This document shows positions 10,189 through 19,093 of a DNA stretch of 64,000 nucleotides, one piece after another (within the stretch, counting starts at the first letter, position 1; each line of letters begins with the position of its first letter). The stretch lies in NCBI GenBank assembly GCA_048013815.1, contig CM106586.1, positions 24,180,001-24,244,000 of the forward strand, given 5' to 3'. The notes under the pieces were generated by a model that searched no databases, was not told the origin of the DNA, and saw nothing but the letters and a program-made list of their open reading frames with translations. The position numbers were made by a program, and so were the translations under genes. Source of the DNA: Setoptus koraiensis. Its lineage: Eukaryota > Animalia > Arthropoda.

Positions 10189-11688
10189 ATGCATGAAAAT
10201 ATGGAAGAACCCGTGGAAATTGAATATATTTACGAGAAGCCCGAGGAGAACGACCTCTTCCTCCAGTTTGCCAATGTTTTCGAGAGGTTCTCGCTGCCCA
10301 GTAAAGAGGACCAATCTAAAGAGAACAATGTGGACAATGAGGAGAAGGGGACCGCGGTTACCATTCACCAGGATGAAGATAAAGTTCCGACCCAACCACG
10401 AGTGTCAAAGAAAGAGCTAAAAACTCTCTCTCGTATGACAGTTGCCCAACTCAAACAAAAAGTCGATAGGTCAGAGCTAGTGGAAATGCACGATGTTACA
10501 GCAAAGGATCCATTATTGTTGTTACATTTAAAATCGGCTAAGAACTCGGTACCAGTACCGAAACATTGGTGCTTCAAACGCAAATATTTGCAAGGCAAAA
10601 GAGGCTACGAAAAACCTCCGTTTGTGCTGCCTGATTTTATTAGGAGGACAGGTATCATGGAAATGAGACAAGCAGTGCAAGAGAAGGATGATAACAAGAC
10701 ACTTAAATCGAAGATGCGTGAAAAGATTCGCCCTAAAATGGGAAAGATTGAAATAGATTATCAAAAATTACATGATGCATTCTTCAAGTGGCAAGTCAAA
10801 CCTCGGCTTACCATTCATGGGGATCTTTATTATGAGGGCAAAGAATTCGAGACTAGGCTTAAAGAGAAGAAACCTGGAGAGCTCAGCTCAGAACTACGAG
10901 CCGCGTTAGGGATGCCCACAGGTCCAAATGCCAATAAATGCCCACCTCCATGGCTCATAGCCATGCAACGTTATGGGCCGCCTCCGTCATATCCGCATCT
11001 TAGAATTCCTGGTCTCAATTGTCCCATACCTGAAGGATGCTCATTTGGTTACCATGCCGGTGGATGGGGAAAACCACCAGTTGATGAACTTGGTCGACCT
11101 CTCTATGGTGATGTCTTCGGTTTATCGCAGGACGATAATGACCATTTGAGAGAAGAAACTGTAGATACTACTCTTTGGGGCGAGCTAGAATCTGATGAAG
11201 AAGAAGACGATCAAGACATGGAGGAAGAAGATATGATAGAAGAGAAGGTTCAAATGATCAAACCACCGTTGGACACCAAGTCCGAGGACACCGGCGGACT
11301 TGTCACTCCTTTGGGGGCAATACCAAGTGGTATCGTATCCGTGCCTGCGGGTGTTCAAACTCCAGATCTTATAGAACTTCGTAAACGAACGGCCAAGATA
11401 GAACAAGAGATGGAAATGGGAGAAAATCCATCACTCTATAAGTTACTTCCTGAAAGGAAGGTGGAAGAATTTGGCATGGAGAGGATGCCATCTGCTTTCA
11501 TATACGACACTAGTGCACTGAAAAAGCAAGACAATACATCAATGAAGGACCCCGAATCAAATAGGCATGATGTCGATCTACAGAAAGACGATATCACTGT
11601 AAAAAGTCCCAAGAGATTGCCTCAGAAAGGTAGTGAAAAAGTCAAGAAATTAGAAGAGATGAAGGAGAAAGAGTTTAAGAAATTCTGA
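10189..11688 (+). CDS. SF3B2: Splicing factor 3B subunit 2 (SAP145/Cus1), intronless over this span, N-terminally shortened
   Basis: Motifs VEMHDVTAKDP, VPVPKHWCFKRKYLQGKRG, IDYQKLHDAFFKWQ, the PSP domain PPPWLIAMQRYGPPPSYP, GYHAGGWGKPPVDE, and C-terminal KEFKKF. The start is placed at ATG 10189; the ORF-track start at 10132 is a non-ATG codon. Confidence 0.95.
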   Translation: MHENMEEPVEIEYIYEKPEENDLFLQFANVFERFSLPSKEDQSKENNVDNEEKGTAVTIHQDEDKVPTQPRVSKKELKTLSRMTVAQLKQKVDRSELVEMHDVTAKDPLLLLHLKSAKNSVPVPKHWCFKRKYLQGKRGYEKPPFVLPDFIRRTGIMEMRQAVQEKDDNKTLKSKMREKIRPKMGKIEIDYQKLHDAFFKWQVKPRLTIHGDLYYEGKEFETRLKEKKPGELSSELRAALGMPTGPNANKCPPPWLIAMQRYGPPPSYPHLRIPGLNCPIPEGCSFGYHAGGWGKPPVDELGRPLYGDVFGLSQDDNDHLREETVDTTLWGELESDEEEDDQDMEEEDMIEEKVQMIKPPLDTKSEDTGGLVTPLGAIPSGIVSVPAGVQTPDLIELRKRTAKIEQEMEMGENPSLYKLLPERKVEEFGMERMPSAFIYDTSALKKQDNTSMKDPESNRHDVDLQKDDITVKSPKRLPQKGSEKVKKLEEMKEKEFKKF

Positions 11689-11853
11689 TGAGACCAAAGC
11701 TTAGATTGATGAAAAAGTTGTACATAAGATTCAAGGCAGTCCATCTCAACCTATTATTGCCGATAATATTTGAGTTCCTAGATGTAGGATGGTTATTAAT
11801 TTTGTATTGATGTATGCCTTTATTCACAACATATAGGCTATTGAGTAGGTTAA

Positions 11854-13032
11854 TCATAAGTTATACTTCAACAACATTATAAACATGGATATGGAAATCT
11901 GCAAATAAAGGAGATGCTTAGTCAATATTTTCTCGTGCTTTGGCCCGAACCAGCACAACCAAACGTTGATGAGAGTGAAATTTGAACACCTGTAGTTTTG
12001 TTGTCCCCTATTTCCAGTAAATCTTTCCATCTTTGTGAGTTTTAAGTTTGCGAAAACGGTTATGACGAATCGACCTAGGGGATTCAAATCGGTCCATTTG
12101 AATTCGAAAGTGGACGGGTTCAATAGACCACTTTGTTGGTCGAATCTGGGCAACCGATGTCTAGGGCATGGTACAATCTTGCTAATCTGGGGAAATGATA
12201 ATAAAAAGTTCAATATTTGCGGTACGGCAAACAACAGAATCTCCTCAGAGAAATGTCCCAGAATCCCAACAACGGCTAGCGTCATTCCGGCGAAATAACA
12301 AAATGAATCACCAACAAATACTCTGGCAGGATACCAGTTATAATAGAGTAGTGCCATACTACAACTTGTAAATGGAAGGAGAAGTTTGATAGAGAAAAGA
12401 TGTAATCCATCCACTTGGATCGATAATTCTAATATATTATAGATTATCACGGACATTGCGATGACGACACTTTGACCAGATTCCAATCCATTGATGCCAG
12501 CATAAATATTGATGGCATTTGTGCAGAACACTACATACATCAGCATGTATATATAGTAGAACAGTCCTAGGTCTAAATGAGCATTTAAATTTAGATAATT
12601 CCTCAAGAATGAGGGTACCAGAATTGTAGTATTATCATGATAGTTATAGTAATAAACCGATAACAGAGGTATAGAGGCAGCAAAAGGTAACATCAGCTTG
12701 TATCTCCATTTAAGATCTTTGCAATCATCAATAAAACCCAACATGAGCATGGCAAATATAGATGTCAGGGCGGCTAAATTACTATATTTGTCTTTGAAGT
12801 GCTCATTTGAATAATATGGTCTTATCAAGAAGCATAATATGAAAGTCACTAAATAACAGGATCCTACGACAATACCCAAAGATTCGGGTATCCTAGGTTT
12901 TCCTTTTTTGGCCAAGTCCATTCCATAAAGAGCTGTGTTTTTCAAAAAATAATTAGCAACCGGTGGTATAAAGGCCCACGTGAGTGCACCGCCCATCAGG
13001 AATGATCCTACACATATCCATAATTCATTCAT
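11854..13032 (-). CDS. DPAGT1: UDP-GlcNAc:dolichyl-phosphate GlcNAc-1-phosphate transferase (ALG7), intronless
   Basis: Multi-pass membrane protein with GFIDDCKDL, NAINIYAGINGLE, FVGDSFCY and PCPRHRLP motifs. The first in-frame ATG after the GTG start is at 13032 (MNELW). Confidence 0.95.
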   Translation of the reverse strand: MNELWICVGSFLMGGALTWAFIPPVANYFLKNTALYGMDLAKKGKPRIPESLGIVVGSCYLVTFILCFLIRPYYSNEHFKDKYSNLAALTSIFAMLMLGFIDDCKDLKWRYKLMLPFAASIPLLSVYYYNYHDNTTILVPSFLRNYLNLNAHLDLGLFYYIYMLMYVVFCTNAINIYAGINGLESGQSVVIAMSVIIYNILELSIQVDGLHLFSIKLLLPFTSCSMALLYYNWYPARVFVGDSFCYFAGMTLAVVGILGHFSEEILLFAVPQILNFLLSFPQISKIVPCPRHRLPRFDQQSGLLNPSTFEFKWTDLNPLGRFVITVFANLKLTKMERFTGNRGQQNYRCSNFTLINVWLCWFGPKHEKILTKHLLYLQISISMFIMLLKYNL

Positions 13033-13622
13033 TCTTCGTTGATTCCAAAAATAAATAAATATAATAATAATACAGTAGAAACGGTGAGTTTCTTTTGCGT
13101 GAACCACACGGAATGCACCAATGAACGTCATTTGAGCTACGAGAAGCATTTGTTCGAGCACTGCGAAAGCATGCGAACAAATTTCACAGTAGACATATGA
13201 CGATTAATTGCTAACAAGTTGCATGACTGCATGCGCCAGTTTGATCTCTCTTTCTCCATGTCAGAATTTCAATTATTATTAATGAAATAAAGACGACGAT
13301 CGATTACCATTTGAAAGATTTTACATCAGCCTAAATGGACATGGGTCGTCGTCTATTGCTGAGGTCCCATCGCTATTTAATAATTCAAAGGGAAATATTT
13401 GAGGTAGTGATGCTAGATATCTAGGCTGCTTGGAGAGTAATGTGTATAGCCTGAGCTTCAGGAACCAACACTTGCTCGGGACAGCTTTCTAGAAAAAGTG
13501 ATTTGTAGAATGGGGATAAGCATAGTCACACTGAAAAGCAGAGGAATATTCGAGAATTGCACCAAACCATTGATGTTTGAATGAAGCAAACTGATATACT
13601 AAACTCCGAGAAAATGGTCGAG

Positions 13623-13649
13623 AGACACTTAAATCAAAAATGCGTGAGA
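13623..13649 (+). pseudogene. Short relic resembling SF3B2 coding sequence (TLKSKMRE)
   Basis: agacacttaaatcaaaaatgcgtgaga matches SF3B2 10697-10723 at 24/27 nt, with all three mismatches at synonymous third positions. Flanking similarity is weak. Confidence 0.3.
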
Positions 13650-13783
13650 GTTAGCCTACCCACCCGTTTAATTCACTTAACTTTACTGAACTAGCAGACA
13701 TTCCTTCATTTTGAATGAGAATGACAATGAGACATGTGCATTTATGTTGGATGCAGTTTAGGTCTATAGCTGTGATGGGACTT

Positions 13784-15633
13784 TCACTTAGACCCATCAT
13801 CATCTTCATCCTGATATTCGGACACGTATAGTGATTTGTCAATCACTCTTGGTATAGCCTTGATCTCCGTTCCCAACTCTTGTTCTACACGATGAAGGTT
13901 GAATCTATCTTCGTAAGTGATCAAGTTAATGGCTATACCGAGGTGACCAAATCTTCCAGAACGACCAATTCTATGGAGATAAGTTTCGGACATCTTTGGA
14001 AAGTCAAAATTTATGACAACGTTAACTGCTTGAATGTCTATACCACGAGTGAAAAGGTCTGTGAGGGATATATAATTGTAAATTTGTAGGTTAGTGGACA
14101 AGTGCGAGATCGATGAAATGTGTTCGTAACTATCGGATCGTAAAAATAATCATACCTGAACAGACTAGATTTCTGCATAGACCGTTGCGGAAATCGTGGA
14201 AGACACGGTTACGATGAGGTTGTGACATCTTGGCGTGGATATAGTAGCAGGAGTAACCTAACTCCGCAATCTTCTTAGCGAGTAACTCGACGCGTTGCGT
14301 TGAATTGCAAAATATTATCGATTGGTTGATTTGTAACTTTGAGAATAATGTGTTCAGGCAATGCACCTTCTGCTTTTCTTGAACATAAGCGTAGTATTGT
14401 GTGACTCCTTTCAAGGTCAATTCTTCCATTAAGTTGATTTCGTATGGTCTCTTGGTACTGAGGTGCTTGTCCTGAAGATATTATCGGGAAGGAGTGATAT
14501 AAAGTGGAAAAGGTGATGTCAGGTGAATTGATGTTTTTAGAAACAATGGATAAAACAAGTAGATTGAATCGAAACAGATGAATAGGTAAACACTCATACA
14601 AAGTGGTAAGGTAGAGTATCGTCAGTGCCGACCTCATGCCGGTGTCTGTAGCAGAACTGGTTAAGATTATAATCATCGTATTTCTCCCATGTCATCTGTG
14701 GACAAACTAGTTCTGAAGTGGGCGCGCTGGAGTCTGATACTTACCACAAATTGACGCACTGTAAGAGGGAAAGTAGCTGAGAATAGAAGTATCTGCCTGT
14801 CAGGGGGCAGTAGCGATATTACATTGTCCAACATTCCGGAAAAATCTTGAGATAGCAATTTATCAGCCTGTAGTGTGAAGATTTAACATAATTTAGTCAG
14901 AATTAGAAACTCGAACATCGCTTCGCTATGCTGTCACGGGCTCAATCGAATGGTAGAGACTCACTTCATCTAGGACGAGCATTTTACAATTGTTCATCTG
15001 AGCAACTTTCTTTTCCATAAGATCTAGAATACGACCGGGGGTGGCTATGATAACGTGAACTGTGGAGGAATTTGTGAAGATTTTTAAGATGAATACGAGG
15101 GTGCAGGAGGAGAGACAATGACAACATTTAGAGAATGTTTTAAACCGGGGATGGATAGCGAAAACAACTGTCTATGAGTATGACAACTAACCGTTGTCGT
15201 AGATGCGCATGATATCATCTTTGAGATTTGTTCCACCAGTTGTGGCCATCACTCTAGCTCCGAGATGCTTTGACAACTCAATACATATCTGACTGGTTTG
15301 GAGAGCCAATTCCCTGGTAGGTACAATAATGAGAGCTTGAATGTCATTGATAGATGTGTTTATCTTCTGTAGAATGGGGATAACGTAAGCACCGGTTTTA
15401 CCGGTACCGTTCTTGGCTCGAGCTAATACATCTTGGCCCAATAATGAAATAGGTATACTGGCCTCTTGAATGGGTGATGGCTTTTCCCAGCCTTTCTCAA
15501 ATATACCCATTAGTAACTCGCGCTTCAAACAGAGATCTTCAAATTCTTGGCCTTTGGTGGCCGTGACGTCGGTGGTTTTTTTACGCCTATCCTTGGGCGG
15601 CATTTTAACAAGCGATCTTAATTGTACGTCCAT
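13784..15633 (-). CDS. DDX6: DEAD-box RNA helicase DDX6/Me31B/Dhh1; 5 exons (15633-15192, 15059-14965, 14867-14745, 14471-14156, 14058-13784), 416 aa
   Basis: Motifs [32 protein letters not shown] (DEAD across a splice junction), SAT, RGID and HRIGRSGR. Four canonical GT-AG introns give a 1251-nt frame. Confidence 0.96.
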
Positions 15634-15973
15634 TTTAATCTAGTGATATTTTTTATATATTGTTGTTGCTGAATGTGTTATATATTTTATATTACTATAA
15701 TTAATCTTTGATTACAATGGGTCTCGTCACTAAGATTTTCTGGATACAATTATGTGTCTCTTGTACAATATTATACTGGTTGTGATCTGATTTCTTTTTC
15801 TTGTTCTTCTTGTTCTTGTATATAATAATTATCATTTATCTATTGGATAATTCTTTAGATCGCCAATCGTAGAATGCTTCAATATACTGCGGCGTTACAT
15901 TTATATTATGTGTGCATGTGTGCGATGCAGTTAGCGACTATGTTAAATATACACAAAAACACATACTTTTATA

Positions 15974-16114
15974 TAGGGTGATTAAATCAATCCACCCAAT
16001 TCTACAGCGACTATGCTAGCATGGCCTTTGTAGCGCATTTCTTGCACAGAAAAATGTATTGTTTGTTAGGCACAGCATGGCCGAAATCATGAACGTTTGC
16101 TTGGAAACACCCTA
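15974..16114. mobile_element. Possible degenerate Tc1/mariner-type MITE within the palindrome arm (mirror copy about 17312-17452)
   Basis: Termini TAGGGTG...CACCCTA with TA on the left flank; the mirror copy ends in CAGGGTG, a common mariner-like terminus. TIR identity beyond 7-10 nt is poor. Confidence 0.3.
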
Positions 16115-16331
16115 TGTTCAAAGAGAGCACACACTCTCTATATACGTCTGTCTCATTTCCTCTTTTATCTAAGCTTCAACAATGTTATATTTGCTCATTT
16201 CTAGTCTACAACTCGTAACAGCAGCCAAAAAGCAGCGATCAACAAAAATGCTTCAATTCTCAATACACACATATACTCGCGTACACACACACATTGCCTC
16301 GTATGCATGCGATGTTTGTCCGTACAAGCTA

Positions 16332-16402
16332 TGCTGGATCGCGGTTTACGTCCCGCGGATTGTGCCGTTCCGCGTCGTTTCCGCGGCTGCCGCGATCCAG
16401 CA
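16332..16402. other. GC-rich branched hairpin
   Basis: Perfect 13-bp stem TGCTGGATCGCGG (16332-16344) / CCGCGATCCAGCA (16390-16402) enclosing further CCGCGG(A)/TCCGCGG inverted motifs. Confidence 0.7.
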
Positions 16403-16419
16403 CACTACAAAGCACACTA

Positions 16420-16729
16420 AAGAGGTGGGCACTGATACCCGTGGCGTATACCCGACCCGGTTGAAATTTCTTTCCACAAACCCAACCCGTACCCGGCCAG
16501 TGAAAAAAAATTGACAAATTCGACGGGAGTGCACAGATGGTCAATGAGAACCCGTGAGTCTCAAAGCCCCGAGGATTTCTCTGCGGATGTTTACGAAATT
16601 TTGGAATTCTGGAATTCGATCCGTGCACCTTCCCTGGCTAGGATCATCAATAAACAGCCGACCCAAACCCTTACATGTGGGGTATCCGCGCGAATCGCCC
16701 CAGCGGAGAGGCATCCGTGCCTACCTCTA
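16420..16729. mobile_element. Non-autonomous hAT-like element (MITE, about 310 bp) in the palindrome spacer
   Basis: TIRs AGAGGTGGGCAC (16421-16432) / GTGCCTACCTCT (16717-16728). Degenerate 8-bp target-site duplication gcacacta / ccacactt (6/8). ACCCG/ACCCA subterminal repeats at both ends. Confidence 0.6.
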
Positions 16730-17653
16730 CCACACTTGCAAAGAATAGAAAGAGTAAAGAAAGTTTACACACACACACACAGACACGCTAACCAATGGAT
16801 GTGATCGAATTCGGGTGCAAACTGTATGGTGACCAAGTACTTTTGAGTTCTGCGCGGCAATAAGCATGCATTGAATTTATCAAAGTGCGCACTGAGCCTA
16901 AACTTGATTCTTTTTCGCCTTCAATGCGCTTACTAAATGAACTTTTTGTGCCGAAAAATTGTTATTGCCGCACAGAGCTCAAACGTATACCTGGTCACCC
17001 TTCATCATGTAGGCTGCATGGTGGTAAGCGACACTGTCGGACAGTGCACGAAAAGGTGCGCCCTCTAGTTTCGCACAATCAGAAAGGTTTTCGGACTGCC
17101 GCACTTTCACATATTGCGTGCATACGAGGCAAAGAGTCTGTGTACGCGAGTATATGTGTGTATTGAGAATTGAAGCATTTTTGTTGATCGCTGCTTTTTG
17201 GCTGCTGTTACGAGTTGTAGACTAGAAATGAGCAAATATAACATTGTTGAAGCTTAGATAAAAGAGGAAATGAGACAGACGTATATAGAGAGTGTGTGCT
17301 CTCTTTGAACATAGGGTGTTTCCAAGCAAACGTTCATGATTTCGGCCATGCTGTGCCTAACAAACAATACATTTTTCTGTGCAAGAAATGCGCTACAAAG
17401 GCCATGTTAGCATAGTCGCTGTAGAATTGGGTGGATTGATTTAATCACCCTGTTCATAAATATGTGTTCTTGTTCTTAAAGAAGCATTCTAGTTTGGTAA
17501 TCAAGAGGATTATCTAATAGTTCAAAGATAATTATTATAGGCAAACAACGTGAAAGAGGAATAAGGTCAGAATCAGCATAACACTGCGCAGGAGTCACGC
17601 AATCAGAGAACACGTGCATCAACAACAATATACAAAATTATTATAAGGTTGAA

Positions 17654-18175
17654 ATGGACGCGCAATTAAGATCACTAGTTAAATTGCATCTTATTATAAC
17701 ACGCTCTATATCCTCCACCAGCGTCTTGAATGGCACCCCTAAAAGAAGAGTCACAATTGAAAGAAGATTAAGGAGGAGATACGGTGACCAAAATATGCCT
17801 ACTGGCAGTCTCTTATTGCACTCCAAAAATAATATATTAGTATGCGGTAAATGCGGATCATATCACGAGGCCCATACCATTTGTAATAACTGTTACGATT
17901 TGATTAGAAAGGAGACACTGCCTATCATCGAGTCAATCAGAGAAGCACAAGGTTCCGATGCCATCACAAAAGAGGTCCTGTTGAGGTATAAAGGCGATCA
18001 AGTGGACCACTCACAGTATGCCAATCTGCAAATTGTTGAGACAGAAAGAACCAGACCATTGTGGTTCACAGATAATCTCTTAAAAAGGAAAGCTCTACCC
18101 GGCACCAATACCGAAACGGACCCGGCTGTTAGTGCAAATGACAACCTTATAAAAGTTATACCGGATAATAAATGA
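17654..18175 (+). CDS. MRPL32: Mitochondrial ribosomal protein bL32m, intronless
   Basis: R/S/L-rich presequence-like N-terminus, PKRRVTIERRLRRR, and the zinc site CGKCGSYHEAHTICNNC, followed by the typical EVLLRYKG and RPLWF segments. Confidence 0.88.
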   Translation: MDAQLRSLVKLHLIITRSISSTSVLNGTPKRRVTIERRLRRRYGDQNMPTGSLLLHSKNNILVCGKCGSYHEAHTICNNCYDLIRKETLPIIESIREAQGSDAITKEVLLRYKGDQVDHSQYANLQIVETERTRPLWFTDNLLKRKALPGTNTETDPAVSANDNLIKVIPDNK

Positions 18176-18259
18176 ATTGAGTTCATTGCAGTAGTCATAA
18201 TCATACAATTTGCTATTTTTTCCAGATGGTACTCTTCTGTTTTTTATATTTGCAGTTAG

Positions 18260-19093
18260 TTAGGTGGCTTTTGGAGTCTTGACTTCTTTTTTAGTAATAC
18301 TCTCCATGATCATGCAGATGGTCTTGTGCTTCGACACTAACTCATCCAGAGAAAAGAAGCCACTATCAGTCTTGATGGCTTTCACATGACCTGCTATCAG
18401 TGCGTCCGCGGCCGTCCAAGATTTTTCATCACTGGGATTGAAGTTTCTACGTTGCACAAGATCAGACTCTAGTTTGTTAAGAAATGACTCAAAATCGCTC
18501 AATATATTACTCTTTTCATCTGTGAATTTTTTCTGCATCTCTACTCTTTTAAACCAAAATAATATATGATTGAGCGGCCAGGCTAATTTGTAAGTATATC
18601 TGGGAAATGTGTACTCTTGAAGAGTCTGTTTCTGACACCAGCAACTGAACATTTCTACTTTTAAAAAGTTTGATTCTATCCAATCAATATAAGCTCGAGA
18701 TTCCGCATCCAAAATTCGAGGATTAAAATTCTCCAAAGAAACTTTTTGTTGCTTTGTAGCTGATTTCGTTTGAGAATGCAAATAAGTTGCAACCTCTTCA
18801 AAACCGCACAATATCCTGGTTCCTCGCCTAACCAGCGGCAATTTCCCATTAGTTGACATGTATTCTGCATTCTTCACCTTCATGAGAACACATTCGATGT
18901 CTGATATCTTGAATAAGGCATTAACACTCTCACTACTGGCTAGGTCATACAATAATATTTGAGATGGCAGTGGCTGATATAATTCGCATTTGTCCGTCCA
19001 TTGCTCGTGGTTGTCGGGTAAACACTGAAGAATATTTCTCACTTGTGTGTCAACTCGTTCCTGTTTACTGCTAGCAGAGTCATCATTTTCCAT
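18260..19093 (-). CDS. MTX2: Metaxin-2 (SAM complex, GST-like fold), intronless, with a chimeric N-terminus
   Basis: LYQPLPSQILL, NAEYMSTNGKLP and RYTYKLAWPLNHIL match metaxin-2 motifs (LYQQLKGEQILL, NAEYMSPSGKVP, YPWPLNHIL). Confidence 0.88.
   Translation of the reverse strand: MENDDSASSKQERVDTQVRNILQCLPDNHEQWTDKCELYQPLPSQILLYDLASSESVNALFKISDIECVLMKVKNAEYMSTNGKLPLVRRGTRILCGFEEVATYLHSQTKSATKQQKVSLENFNPRILDAESRAYIDWIESNFLKVEMFSCWCQKQTLQEYTFPRYTYKLAWPLNHILFWFKRVEMQKKFTDEKSNILSDFESFLNKLESDLVQRRNFNPSDEKSWTAADALIAGHVKAIKTDSGFFSLDELVSKHKTICMIMESITKKEVKTPKAT

Larger units (their letters stand above)
15601..17686. repeat. About 2.1-kb inverted duplication (palindrome with spacer) spanning the DDX6/MRPL32 divergent promoter
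   Basis: Core arms 15975-16287 and 17139-17451 match at 312/313 nt with no indels (mismatch 16019/17407), around an 851-bp spacer. Diverged but alignable outer arms extend through both 5' regions into the first 11 codons of both genes. Confidence 0.95.

Noticed and set aside
16332-16415. Helitron 3' end
   Set aside because: No CTRR terminus at the expected distance on either strand, and no AT target site.
15975-17451. A single transposon with 313-bp TIRs
   Set aside because: Homology continues, diverged, outside the identical core into both genes; there is no TSD and no transposase in the spacer.
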